Shown here: positions 1 through 19,450 of the stretch, one piece after another
Position numbering within the stretch: position 1 is the stretch's first letter
Layout: each line of letters starts with the position of its first letter
NCBI GenBank assembly: GCA_963693365.1
Contig: CAVNZM010000014.1
Coordinates: 3,720,001 to 3,784,000 of the forward strand
DNA from: Amoebidium appalachense
Lineage: Eukaryota; Protista; Ichthyosporea
Direction of reading: 5' to 3'
Length of the DNA stretch: 64,000 bases
Program-made: the position numbers and the translations under genes
Notes under the pieces: model-generated
The model's database searches: none
Told to the model about the DNA's origin: nothing
The model's input: only the letters and a program-made list of their open reading frames with translations

Positions 1-6350
<6,350 letters not shown>

Positions 6351-7973
6351 GTCTGCTGTTTTTTTTTTTTTTCATTCATGTGTCCTTGTTAAAGGACGGG
6401 GGGGGGGGGGTAGAGTCTACTGTTTGTTATTTCATGTGTGTATTATTTTTAAAGGGTGGGTGGGTGGGTGGCGTAGGGGTGGGTGGGTGGTGGTGGTGGG
6501 GGGGGGGGGGGGGTTGTCTAAGGAGCTGACAAGGGTCCGTGTGTGTTTTTTGCTTGCCAATGTTACGGTATGTACCTGCCCGCATTGTTGTTATGCTCAA
6601 CCAATTGGCAAGACAACTATTATGTGTGTAGCAATGATGGACACTTATATACTTGTACCACCGCTGGTGTACACATGGGGTTAAAAAGCTTGGTTGACAC
6701 TGAGTTTTACGCACACACTGTGAAAATCCCGACACAACAGCCACCAACAGTAACTTTTTTTTTTTTTTTTTTTTGATAGAAAAAGAAACTCGAGTAAGGG
6801 TTAAATAAGACACTTGGTTATTTGTGTAACTTGGGGGTGGTTTGATATGATATTCGAGCCTTCAATATGTATGTATGCCAAAATCCAACAAGATTTGCCT
6901 ATTTTCTCCAGTGGTAGACAGCCCCCAAGAATACTGCATCCCTCCCTTCTTCCCCCCCCCCCCCCCCCCCCCAAAAACCAACCAACCAGGCATATCCTTT
7001 GTCTTTGATATGTACAACCTCCACCCCCCCCCCCTCCCCCCCCCCAACCACCACCACACACACACACACACCTCTTTCCGAACTCCCTACCCGAAACTTC
7101 CGGGGTCATCACTTGATATTCAGTGATTCCCCACACAGTCTCCCGGGTAGCTGCATCGGCCATTGCAGAAATTTAGGGTGTTACTATAAATAGCATAACG
7201 AAATAGACATTTCGGCCCCCTTTGACTCCCCCACCCATTGCCACCCAGCAATGCCACCACCACCACACACACACGTACACACACCTTCCTTCCTTTGCAA
7301 TTGGAAACTCTTACCCGCAACTCTATGGCCCCTTCACCTATCATAGATCTTGCTTCAAAGTAGGCCCTATACCATGACAAGAAAGGGCCGCCACGGCTGC
7401 ACTAGCACGACTCGTATAGAGCGTATAGCTATCTAGATATACCGTAACATGATGTTGTACCGATAAATACCCAACGGCACGGTGTGCTGTTTCCACATTC
7501 CTCCCCCCCCCCCCCCCCCCCCCCCCCCCCTACGTACGCGTACACCGGCTGAAATCCAATACCCACCCCATCCTCCCCAAGCCCCAAGCTCTTTTCACAA
7601 ACCTCTTATCACATCAGATCTCGGCCCACTGAGCACTACGGTAACGAAGGGGCAATAGCAGTACCTACGTTTGGAGATAACTATCAATTACCCGCAAAGT
7701 GACAGAACTGGACTCCAAATCCCCATCTCCTTCCCATCCCGGTGCAACTTGTACCACATCAAGTAATTAGTACTCCCATGCTCAACAGAAACACAAAAGC
7801 TCTACCGTGGCAAGGTCCAACCTTCACACAGAGACAGAACAAACTCCATACGCACAAACATGAAAGACACGGCCAGAAATTTTCGAATAGCTCTTTATTT
7901 AAAGCTCATAATTGCTGTATGCACCAGGCACACAGGCGAGAAAGTACATCATTGCTATTATGAATAAAAACCT

Positions 7974-8630
7974 TTAAGGAGACACCCATATGCTTGGGCT
8001 GGACAGTGCAACCATTTCGGCTGCATGCTTCGGGCCGCACTCGTCGTCACGGAACACAACCTCTCCCGCCTCCTCCAGCATTAAAACAAACTCGACTCTT
8101 TGGCCGGGGAGAAGACGACCGAGACGGATAGAGAAGGCATAAAAGTCAACACCAACACGGCCAGGCGCGACGGATCCCGTGCGTGTTTCATACTCCTCGT
8201 CACCTTCATCTTCCTCGTCAGAAAAGTGACGCTCACACAGAAAGTGAGAGTCCACATCCGCGTGTGTTTTCCATCCATTTGTGGTGTAGCGAACGAACAC
8301 GCGAGCAGGGTGCTCACCGCTAACCTTGTCACTACGAACGGCAACACTACCAGACAGACGGGTGGTGTTCCGGTTGTAGTCCACACGGGTAAGAGAGAGC
8401 GGGCGCTTGCCTTGGATCACCATAGCAACCCCGTCGGCTGGGCACAGCGTTCGCATCTTCAGACCGAAAACGGCAGGACGACCAAACGCATCCACAAACA
8501 TACGGGGGCTAGAGGGTTTTTGGCGAGATCGCCGGGTGCCTGCTGGCGAAGCTATTTCGGGTGTTAGAACGGCAGCCATTGTTATGAACTCGGTTGACTC
8601 GAAGCAAGTCCTATCAAGACGTATAGTCAT
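7974..8630 (-). CDS. CBM21-domain protein, similar to PP1 glycogen-targeting subunits (divergent, intronless)
   Basis: 218-aa ORF in non-repetitive DNA. LSGSVAV...VFVRYTTNGWKT...DFYAFSI...RVEFVL follows the CBM21 pattern, and RMFVDAFG resembles the RVxFAD-xG PP1-docking segment. The start may be the second Met (MAAVL). Confidence 0.75.
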   Translation of the reverse strand: MTIRLDRTCFESTEFITMAAVLTPEIASPAGTRRSRQKPSSPRMFVDAFGRPAVFGLKMRTLCPADGVAMVIQGKRPLSLTRVDYNRNTTRLSGSVAVRSDKVSGEHPARVFVRYTTNGWKTHADVDSHFLCERHFSDEEDEGDEEYETRTGSVAPGRVGVDFYAFSIRLGRLLPGQRVEFVLMLEEAGEVVFRDDECGPKHAAEMVALSSPSIWVSP

Positions 8631-8770
8631 TTAAACAGGAGTTATCCTTTTCAGCTTTCAGGTGGGGGGCGTTGCCTAAACTGCGAGTGCACGAATTGAC
8701 TTTGAGGCGACATTTGTGTTTCGGTGCTTGTGCGAGTTGCAGGACTGACTGGAAATCGAGCAGGTAAAGT

Positions 8771-8966
8771 TTTTTATATGTGCCTCAGGCCATCCCACGC
8801 AATAAGACAAGCTGACGCTCGGCCAATCAAATCGTGCTGAGGTTTATAATTTTTAGATTTGCGCCGGGCGTTGCGTGTATTGCGATATTCGAGCGAAATG
8901 ATTGGAGCTTCTGAAGTGGCCGTTTGGTCCAAGGGCCTATGCGTGATTGGCCCAGATGGCCAATCA
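8771..8966 (-). promoter_or_regulatory. Putative promoter of the CBM21 gene (TATA plus clustered CCAAT boxes)
   Basis: ATATAAAAA on the minus strand at 8771-8779. CCAAT/ATTGG motifs near 8823, 8900, 8946 and 8960. Confidence 0.45.
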
Positions 8967-10056
8967 AAGATGGCGTCACTTGTACTCATGCTCAGTGTGC
9001 ATGACGAGGGAGGCGCCCGGTGGGGAATTTGAGGTTGGACATGGGAAGTTGCCAGCTTGTGAAAGCCGAAGAGTTTTCAATAATGAGTTGTTATAAATAA
9101 TTGAAAATCTATATAAACATATATTAGTTTAGAAAAAATGAGTCAGTATGTACATGAATTAGGCTACTTGAATGAGCTGGGCCTTGAGCACCATCGGATT
9201 TCCGGCGATATTTCGCGCACGTCTGACAGAGTCGCATAATGTAACTTAGGGCAGCCTGATAGTTACCCAATTGAAGTTGTTTTATAATCTTTGCACCGAG
9301 AACACAATTAAAACTTAACCAAATGTTGCGCGCTTATTGGTTTATTGCGCTTTTCATTCCAGATTCAATTTGGCGCCAGCATGCGGCACGAGTCACCCGC
9401 ACCGGCGCACCCACGCATATTGCATGCAGGCCGCCGCGGTATTTACAGGGCGATTTCTATTGTAGACTAGAAGCCATCTGGGATGTGAAGAAAACAAGGA
9501 AACTATTTGCCAGCTAACTAACATTATTGATCCATTGGTTTACTGCACAAAAAAAATGCAATAACCAGGGTAAATAACTGTTGCCATGATGTTATGTTGC
9601 CACTGGTCACTCACCAGCGAGTCACCAACAGTTCATGAATCGTTTGAATGAGGTCATTTGAAGCGTTCAATTCGAAGGTCTGATCCGATTGGTTATGGGC
9701 TGTTTATCAATAATTGTATTGATTGGAATATCTAAGCCAATCAACATTGTGCAAATATCCCTGGTATTTCGCACAAGAACGTGAGATGCTCGGTTCATTG
9801 AGCAAGGAGGGGAATTTCAGAAAACCTCCGACAAAATCCACAAACCAACTTATTTTCATTAAGAAGCCTTTTTTTTTATGCTAGGATATTGTGAGTTCAA
9901 CAACATCTCCTCGATATTGAGAGACGCCGGGATAAGGTTCACCATCGTTCACTCGTTCCAGGCACCAGGGACTCGCGGCGAGTCACTCCGGACTCACTCG
10001 CCCCGGGACGCATGATCCATCATCATCTCAAGCCAATCATGTGCAGCTTTGAAATT

Positions 10057-10415
10057 GAGTCGCATCGCGTGGATCTAAATATCTAAATACTCAGCGAATT
10101 TAGAGAACAAATGTCGTTCTCTAAATATCTACATGCTCAATTCGTGTAGAGCAGTTTAGAAACTGAATTATCTAGATCGTAGATCGCAATTCTATTGGAT
10201 AAAAGATATTTAGGCGAGTTCCAAGGACCAATCGTTTCATCCTACACATCCACAAGACCCCCCCCTCCTTCTTCCGGATTCGCCCATCTGGAAGATGGTC
10301 GATCGAGATTTTATGCAAACTTTACAAATTTAACAGATCGATCGGATTGCGGACGTTTTAAACGTAAAGTTAACAATCTAGATATTTAGATATTTAGATC
10401 CACGCGATGCGACTC
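10057..10415. mobile_element. MITE with 33-bp perfect terminal inverted repeats and an ATT target-site duplication
   Basis: GAGTCGCATCGCGTGGATCTAAATATCTAAATA at 10057-10089 and its exact reverse complement at 10383-10415. ATT lies immediately on both sides. No convincing ORF inside. Confidence 0.85.
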
Positions 10416-11167
10416 ATTGGTCCCTAATTCACTGCAAGAATTCATCTAGATTCACTAATTATTTCACACACGCGGGCACACGCACAATGCAGATACACAC
10501 ACACGCGCGCGTGCAACGCGCACACACTCATGCACATGTGCCACACACACACACACACACACTGCACACTGTGCAGAGCACACACACAGCTTCACACACT
10601 CGGCATCATCATGACACGTGCCCCCATGTGCCTGATGCGCGCTAAACCAGTATATACAGTTCAGTTCCGTTAAAATAGTCTTTAAATCAAATGCACGCAC
10701 AAAGAACCAAATATGGCAATGTAAACATTGGCTCCATATAGATCCTGTGCACTGCCCATGTTCACGTGCCCCGCGGCGGATCCACACAACGAGTCCCCAG
10801 TAGAGGGTTTATATTCTTTATTTTTTATTTTTTTTCCCTAAGTCCCCCTCCCCAGCCTCTCAGATCCCAGCCTGGCCGGTGTGTGGTTCAACTTACTGTC
10901 CTCTATCATCTATGCCAATCAATACTGTACATGCGCCGCCAGCACGCAGGATTGCAGGGTTGCAGAAGACAATGTGTCCATATGAACATTATTTTGACGT
11001 GGATAGAGCTGTGCACACTCCGAGCTCGAGGTGTGCAACACGCGTACGGTGTTGCACACTCGATAGACAGATGCACGTGCAACGTGTGTGCACATGTGTC
11101 GCCGGGTTGAGAGTTTGATTGTGACAGCACATAATTATGCAGCACCCCCTCCCCTCCCGCCCCCCCC

Positions 11168-11226
<59 letters not shown>

Positions 11227-11702
11227 CCCTCCCCCTCCCGCCTGTACACCGCCCTCCTGCCCTCCCGCCCTCCCGCCCTCCCTCCCGGTTTCACCCCCGG
11301 GCCCTTCCCCTCCACATAAGTCCTTACGCCGGAAGTCCCCTCGCACCAGATTGGACAGAACACGATCCGATGACGTAAAATCAGGGGAGAACGATTCGGG
11401 TCCCCAAGCTTGGCGACATAAAGGGACCGTCATACCCCTCTAGCGGGGGGTTGGGGGGGCGGCAGCCCCCCAATTTAGGGCCCAGACACACATAGGGTTA
11501 TGGTTATTGGGTTTATGTTTTTATTTTGGTAAATTATTATCAATTTTTTTTTTTCCAGCCAGTTATGCATATGGTCCAATCCCCTATACCTAGGGGCTTC
11601 CTTCGTATAAACCTAACTTATGTGCCTCCTTGCCCTCCCCCCCTTCCCCCCACCCCCCAACAGAATAAATCCAGTCAAAAGAAAACTTTCACACCTCTTA
11701 GC

Positions 11703-12613
11703 TGTCACGTCAACTTTTTTTCCCGATTCTTCGCCATGGCAGGTATATAAAGGCTTTCGTTTCTTCTTTTTGTGGTGGGAGGGAGTCCCACTCAGGGGAA
11801 CGTGACTGCAGCGTGTGTGTGTGGTGTGGCCTGGTGTATTCCTACTGCTGTGAGAGTGTGGGGGCATCTCCCTTTCGCGGAGTTTCTCGCTTGAGAAGTG
11901 GTTTCTTCAACGCCTGGTGGTCCACTGCAACCTATGGTAACTTCTACACGCTGTCTACGCTTCTACGCGACCTATTGGCGGTGGGCTGCTGCAACTCCTT
12001 CAGCTACTTCTGCGCTGCGTGAGTGGAGGGGCGGCTACTTGGTCGTCGGGGAGCTTTCCAAGTGACTGCCAGTCCTTAGCCTCCAGTCGTATGGCAATGA
12101 CCGGGTTTGCTTGCATGCATTCTGTAATTGTGTTTTTCTGTGTGTCCTGCCACAACTAGGCCACCTTATCAGAGAGCTAGATGCAGTTTCTCCGGGTTAT
12201 CTAGGAGTCGGGCCCGTTGGGATTGTTTTTTAGCTCAGATTTGGTCTGCATTGCTCTTTTAGAGGCTGACTTGCTTGCTGTGCCTCGATAGGTTTTGAGG
12301 GGGGCCTGTTGGGAAGGAGCAGTAATGATGTCATCTTGCGGAGTGTGGTCTGGCCAACATCGATGCATATGACTAGTTGGAGCAAACTAGTTTGACGCAT
12401 ACACGTACACTCAAGGTTTTGCCCACTGGTGTCCTTTGTCACTTGTCGCTTTATTTTTATTTCGTAGCTTTGGCTTTTTCAGTTCTAATGGTGGTTATGT
12501 AGCCTGTGGCTGCACGTTGCCTTCATCATCGGATCAATAAAAACGAGTCAAAAGAACAAAGAAAAAAAAACCCAACAAAAAATTGAAAAAAAAAAAAAAA
12601 AAGAAAAAAAAAA
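11703..12613 (+). mobile_element. Possible retro-derived insertion (TATA ... AATAAA + A-rich tail)
   Basis: Absent from the paralogous 27.5-kb flank. Begins TGTCAC, has TATATAAA near 11744, and ends with AATAAA near 12536 followed by an A-rich tract. No TSD or recognisable coding domain. Confidence 0.3.
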
Positions 12614-13558
12614 CACGGATACACCCACACCTTCGCTGACCCCCTCTCCCCCGGGCCCCACCTCGGGCCACACGTACCACCTCAAGGTCACACACACACA
12701 CACGCGCGCGCGCGCACGCACACACGCACATATACCAATCGCATCGGCGGCTATCACTATGGTATGATAGCATCACCACAAGGACAAAAAAGCCGGATTC
12801 ATATGGTGCACTGCATCATGAAGCCACAGTCACGACACTTCTCAATATTTATTTATGAAGGTGCTCATATAGGTTTAATAAAACAAACAAAAAAGTAGGA
12901 ATATCGGCTATCTTAGTTACATGTACGTGCAATTTATATGCCCGCCGGCCCTTGTTGTGTAAGTCTCGTAACAAATTTTACGTGCACCTGCAGCTCCAAA
13001 AACAAACCAAACATCCATACCGAAGACATTATGCGGGGACACAAACTAGGAATGTGGGAACCTAAAAACAACAAATCCATATCGAGAAGCTTTACAAACA
13101 AGCAAAAAAAGTACACAAACTCTTTTCCTACGGCGACCTCAAAAACGGTCATGTGCATCTATCCTCTCTTTCCCTACCTCGTGCTAAACCATAGTAGCTG
13201 ACTTCAAATGTAACAGGCTAATAAAAAGTTTTTATAAAACACAAAAAAAAGTAGGAATATAACTACAGTCCAGTCGGTGCTAATTGGAAAAAGGTAGTTC
13301 CTGTCATGGATCCCAAAAGGGTCTCTTATGGGAACACAAGCGAGTAAAAAGTATAAGAAAATAAGTTTAATATAAAATATTACTGACAACATCAACATCT
13401 TCCCGGCTAAGTGACTGCCAACCACTTACAACCCACACAACCTGAGGCCCCGTCAGCGAAAAAAGCGGAATCAACGTGTAACTAAACTAACTAAACAAGA
13501 CAATTAGTTTTTAGGGAGTCGACCTCTTTCTGAGCTGTGAACCCACTCCCTCCGTGCC

Positions 13559-13777
13559 CAGGGGTGACCAAAACTGCATTTACACCCTATAGCATACCAT
13601 CCAATTTTCAAAAAAACATTCACGTTTCCGAGTCCACGGTACTAGTGTGGAAGGTATGAATGGCATGGTGGACACCATCTATAGGAAAATGGCCGGATAT
13701 ACCATCGAACTCATCAACAAATACGAGATACACCGAAAACTACCATCCAAATATCACGAATTTTCAGGTCTGCCCTC
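13559..13777. mobile_element. Degenerate hAT-like MITE
   Basis: About 220 bp present here but absent at the paralogous site near 28070. Ends CAGGGGTGACCAAAA ... TTTTCAGGTCTGCCCT form imperfect TIRs. Flanking 8-mers TCCGTGCC and AGTGTGCC. Internal ACCATC repeats. Confidence 0.5.
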
Positions 13778-14285
13778 AGTGTGCCTCTACCGGACCTTGT
13801 ACACGTTTTTGGGACAACCAAAGAAAAGCATGTCAAAGACGTCGTTGAAAAAATCATCCTGTGCACGGCACACGTGGGTGCAGTCGGGGGAGAAGTTGAC
13901 CTCCAGGATCTGGGGTACCATCCTGTACGTGTGTGTGTGTGTACGCGCCCGCCCGCGCGCCTGCCCGCCCGCGCGCGCGCGCGTGTGTGTGTGTGTGTGT
14001 GTGTGTACTTGTGTGTGTGTGCGCGCGTGCGCGTGTGTGTACATACATGTGTGTGCGGCATGTCTGTGCGAGTACAAGAACATGTAGGAATGGATGGGTA
14101 TGCATGCATGCTACACTCTTGTGTGTGTTGACGTGTGAGCAGTGGGATAGGGGGTATGTATCAAGGAAATGGCTCCGCTTAGCAAATGAAAAGGTGAGCA
14201 TAAAGCCCATGGGACACAAGTATTTTTTTTTTTGGGGGGGGGGGGGGGGAGGGAGGGGGGGAGGGGGGAGGGGAGGGGGAGGTCT

Positions 14286-14318
<33 letters not shown>

Positions 14319-14539
14319 GGGAAGGGCTCCAAAAAAGACGATGTTCAACGAAGGTAGATGCGGAAAAGAAGGTCACAGAAGAATACACGTACGAACATTA
14401 TAGTAACCGACAGGCACAAACAAATACCGCGAAACGCCCATTCATTCCAGTGTTATTGGCATTGTGTTCAGCGCAGACTGGCTCAATTCGACACCGCGTA
14501 CGGCCACCCTTCCCTAATGCGTATTTCAATAACACACAA

Positions 14540-14571
<32 letters not shown>

Positions 14572-15349
14572 TCATGAGAAGTGTGTTGGTGCAGGTGGGT
14601 GTGGATGGGGGTAGGTTGAATGTGGGGGAAGACGGGGGCTGGGGGGGGGGGGGAGGGGGGAGGGGGAGGGGGTGTGTGGGATGTACGCATGAGAGGGTTG
14701 GAGATATGGAGGAGATACCAAAATACCAACTACAAAAATACAAAATACCAAAAGGTCACAAAAACAAAAAAAACCTAAAATGTTTGTGTTTGCTTTTTTC
14801 TTTCTTTCATTTTTTTTTTTTTTTTGTGTGTGTGTGGGGGGGGGGGGGGGGGGGGGGAGGGAGGGGGGATATACTCTGTGTGTTCGGAGTTCGCCCACTG
14901 AAGCATCACATCGATGCCGTATGAGCCCCGGCAGTGGGGATGGTGGGTTAGCTGGAGAGAGGAACTGTGCAGGGGATGGTGTCAGGTAGATTCTTAGAAA
15001 CTCTTCTCTAGCATATTCTGTTCAACAGTTCAGGTGTTTTGATCCCCCCCCCCCCCCCCCCCGCTCCCCATCCCCTGTTCCCACCCAGATTCGGATCGCC
15101 AGGAAGGGGAGGGGGGAGGGGGGGACTACAAGGAAGGGGGGGGAGGGGGGAGGGGGGGGAGGGGAGGGCAAGAATGTGTTACAGACTAAGAAGTACACAA
15201 TTGACAACAGATATTACCATGGCAAATGATGCCCCCCCCCCCCCCCCCCCCCCCCTCCCCCTCTCTCTCCTCCTCCCCCCCCTTCCACCCCTTCCCCCTC
15301 CCCCTCCCCCTCCCAACAAAAAAAAAAGAACATTTGACATCGAGGGGGG

Positions 15350-15383
<34 letters not shown>

Positions 15384-15486
15384 AACCGGGTCATCCACAA
15401 GAATCCAGGATGGATGGGTCAGTTTTTGACGGACTAGAGGAAGGTCTGTGTAGACTTTGTGCGGCTGGCTGGGATCTAGGTCCTGG

Positions 15487-15572
<86 letters not shown>

Positions 15573-15767
15573 GGTGGGTGGGTGTGTGTGGGTGTGAGAT
15601 GGGGAGAGAGGGGGGGGGGGGGGGGGAGGGGGGGGGAGGGAGGATGGTTCGTGTGTGCTTGTGCATGGGTGTGCGTGTGTGTGTTGGTTCTGAGGTTGGG
15701 GGATGAGGGTGTGAAGGGGAAGTGTGTGCTGCGTGCAGGCGCGCTTGTGTGAATGTAAGTGTGATTG

Positions 15768-15956
<189 letters not shown>

Positions 15957-16084
15957 ATACGTGCGCGCACCTGTGTGCGTGCACGTGTGTGCATGTTTAT
16001 CTCTATGCATGTGATTGAGCCCACGGACACGCCTGTGTTAGCGTTGGCATGCAGGGAGAAAACCATGGCCAAGAAAACCTTCAA

Positions 16085-16268
16085 CGGTAATCAGCATATC
16101 ATTAATTCTGAACAGCATCTTATGCAGTGGTATCAGCATATTATCAATTGTAGCTAGCATCTTATTCAGTGTACCTAATATCTTCATCATTGTAGCTAGC
16201 AGCTTAATCACTGTAGCTGGCATGTTATTCATTGTAGCTAGCATGTTATTCACTGTAGCTAGCATCTG
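16085..16268. repeat. 21-bp minisatellite (TGTAGCTAGCATGTTATTCA-type)
   Basis: About 8 degenerate tandem units. The 7-aa periodicity of ORF 16038-16265 reflects it. Confidence 0.8.
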
Positions 16269-16364
16269 ACTGTCTCTCTCTCTCTCCCTCTCTCTCCAAC
16301 TCTCTTGCCCTTACTGTCTCACTCACTCGCTCAATCACTCACTCACTCCCTGACACACACATAC

Positions 16365-16475
<111 letters not shown>

Positions 16476-16486
16476 TCCTCATCTCC

Positions 16487-16521
<35 letters not shown>

Positions 16522-16574
16522 CCCGCACGCGCTAGTGTGTGCGTGCGCACACACGTGGGGATGTGCTTGTCCAT

Positions 16575-16658
<84 letters not shown>

Positions 16659-17013
16659 ATTGGTGCATGGGTTTGTGTGACTGTATGTGTGTGTTTTTGC
16701 ATTCATAGTTGGACGTACGTGTGTGTATGAGTGATTGCACAGACCACAAACACGCTCAATATAGTCGAAACACCAGTCCTTATTATTATCTCCAACTTTC
16801 ATCCTACTTTTACAGACAGGTGCCAGTGCCACGGTGCGCTACCAAAACCCCTCTGGGAATGGATGCACACACGAACCCCCCAGGGAGGGAGAGAGGGACA
16901 GAGGGGGGAAGCAGGGAGGGAGGGAGGGAGGGAGGGAGGGAGGGAGGGGGGGGTGGAGGAATGGGCGGGGGGGGGGGGGGGAGGGGGAAGAGAGCGAGGG
17001 CGAGAGAGAAAAG

Positions 17014-17192
<179 letters not shown>

Positions 17193-17649
17193 AACACACG
17201 GCAGAGAGAACATAAATAAAGAAAGTTAACTCCGGAGGCGGAAAAGAGGTGACATTACCTCACACAACTAGTTGCTGTTGTAAATGGCTGTGATCACCGA
17301 CATGAGAGTTCTGTGCAGAAACTAAAGCGCCACAAGTTGAGGGAGGACGGAAGGGAGGGAGGAAGGGAGAGAGGGGGAGTGGGACCGAGGGAGGGACGGA
17401 AGAAGAGAAGGAGAGACGGAGAGACGGAATAAGGGAGGGAGGGAGAGAGGGAGGGGGTGGAGTGAGGGGGTGGAGTGAGAGAGGGAGGGGTGGAGGCGGG
17501 GTGGGGGGGTGGAGGGGGGGGGGGGGGGGGGGGGGGGGGAGGGGGGGAGGAAGATTAACTTAAAAGTGACCCATGAAGTACCAACCAATGTGCCGAGGAC
17601 TTTGCTGAAGTCTACGGAACACACACGCCCTCACGCACACACACACAAA

Positions 17650-17724
<75 letters not shown>

Positions 17725-17726
<2 letters not shown>

Positions 17727-19310
17727 ACGTGCAGAAACCCGATTCAGTTTTTCATTTTTTTTTCTTTCAGTGAGCTCAGCTGCGGCCAGCCGCCAGCGAG
17801 CCCGTACGGTGACGTCACCGAGTGAGCCAGTTCCGCATTGCAGCCAATCAAAAGCCGTAGCCATGCAGGGTTGGGCTGGGTAAGGTCAGCTTAACCGTAT
17901 TGTCCTTTGGCCAATCGTAACGGACAGTTTTTTAATCGTAATTGGGGGATCTTGCGGATCAGTAAGCCCAGAAAAAAAGCCCCTACAGTCGCAAAACTCC
18001 AATTACGCGTTTGAACAAATTTAATATCGAATAATTACAAGCCCTGAACACTTGTCGGGGTTCGATATTGCTTATGAGAAGCGCTGTAGATATGTTCTTG
18101 AACAGAAATATTGAAAAAATTAGGTACAGTTAGATATTAGGGGGCCTTAAAGCATTTATAATGCTATACATCTCATACGAAAGTTGTTACGACGGCACCC
18201 TAACCTTATTCGTATCGGGGTCTTTCGTTAATCGTAATTACGACGAGTTTTTTTCGTAATCCCCCCGCCGGTAGCCATGACGAAACGGGGGGTAAAACAA
18301 GATCTGAAATAGCCAATGAGTAGGCGATGTTAGGAGAATGATCGGGGTCACAGAAGCACAAACAAACAAGCGGTCACTGAACAAAAGGGCAATAAATAAG
18401 CAAGATATTACATAGAATCTGAAATCGCGTTGGATGCTCTGTCACAAATCGTTTCACTTCATGCTTTGGCCACTCATATACTGTGGTCGAAAGGGCTGAT
18501 AGTGGGAGACATGATCTTTTTGCCGCATAATCTTGAACTGTATTCAACTGCTTCAATTGATTTTGAGAAAGTTTAAAAAACGGTATGTCACAGGTTTGAG
18601 TTGCCATATTATTCCAATGTGCTGGCCCAGAGGTCTATAAAAGCGTGTAACGGCCGAAATGGGCTCAGTTGTCACTTCAACGTGGTCTAGAACACAGAAA
18701 TAAAACACAGAACCACACACACACACACAGACACACGTGCAGAGGCCCGATCCAATTTTTCTTTTTTTTTTTTCTGAGCTCAGCTGCGGCCCGCGCGCCG
18801 CCTGCGAGTCCATACGTTGACGTCACTGCCATCACCGAGTGAGCCAGTTCCGCATTGCAGCCAATCACAAGCCGTAGCCATGACGAGACGGGGGGTAAAA
18901 CAAGATCTGAAATAGCCAATGAGTAGGCGATGTTAGGAGCATGAGCGGGGTCACAGAAGCACAAACAAAAAGGTGGTCACTGAACAAAAGGGCAATAAAT
19001 AAACAAGGTATTACATAAAATCTGAAATCGCGTTGGATGCTCTGTTACAAATCGTTTCCATTCATGCTTTGGCCACTCATAAACTGTGGTCGAAAGGCCT
19101 GATAGTGGGAGACATGATCTTTTTGCCGCATAATTTTGAACGGTATTCAACTGTTTCAATTGGTTTTGAGAAAGTTTACAAAACGGTTTGTCACAGATTT
19201 GAGTTGCCATATTCATTCCAATGTGCTGGCCCAGAGGTCTATAAAATCGTTGAACGGCCGAAATGGGCTCCGGGAGTTGTTAGTTCAACGTGGTCTAGAA
19301 CACAGAACCA
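17725..19310 (+). repeat. Tandem duplication of a ~600-bp promoter-like unit
   Basis: 17725-17865 plus 18280-18725 aligns with 18730-19310. Each copy has TGACGTCA, two GCCAAT motifs and TATAAAA (18636 and 19240). Confidence 0.85.
17866..18270. mobile_element. 405-bp non-autonomous insertion with a 9-bp (or 8-bp) target-site duplication
   Basis: GTAGCCATG at 17857-17865 and 18271-18279. The second tandem copy has the single empty site at 18874-18882. Starts CAGGG; TIRs are only weakly conserved. Confidence 0.8.
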
Positions 19311-19450
19311 AAACGAGAACGAAAAACGTGAAAAACGAAAACGAAAAAGGCGACAAAAGGCAAAGGCAAAACACTCGACGGCTTGAACAAGAAGTAGTTG
19401 AGTAGAATAGCAGGCAGCAAAACGAACCTTAGCGGTGTTGTGACCTGAAA

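Larger units (their letters stand above)
10650..15490 (-). pseudogene. TTLL12: Partial, rearranged duplicate of the TTLL12 3' region and downstream flank
   Basis: Exon copies 15387-15487 (VQDLDPSQPHKVYTDLPLVRQKLTHP), 14875-14951 (HPHCRGSYGIDVMLQW) and 13787-13922 ([14 protein letters not shown]...KVR*) match 34879-34979, 28713-28791 and 28075-28210. Flanks also align (10685-10790 with 27280-27385; 12900-13510 with 27725-28025). Exons 11-16 are missing and no 5' exons were found. Confidence 0.8.

Noticed and set aside
9565-9765. CCAGGG...CCCTGG as possible transposon ends
   Set aside because: Only about 6 bp of complementarity and no target-site duplication.
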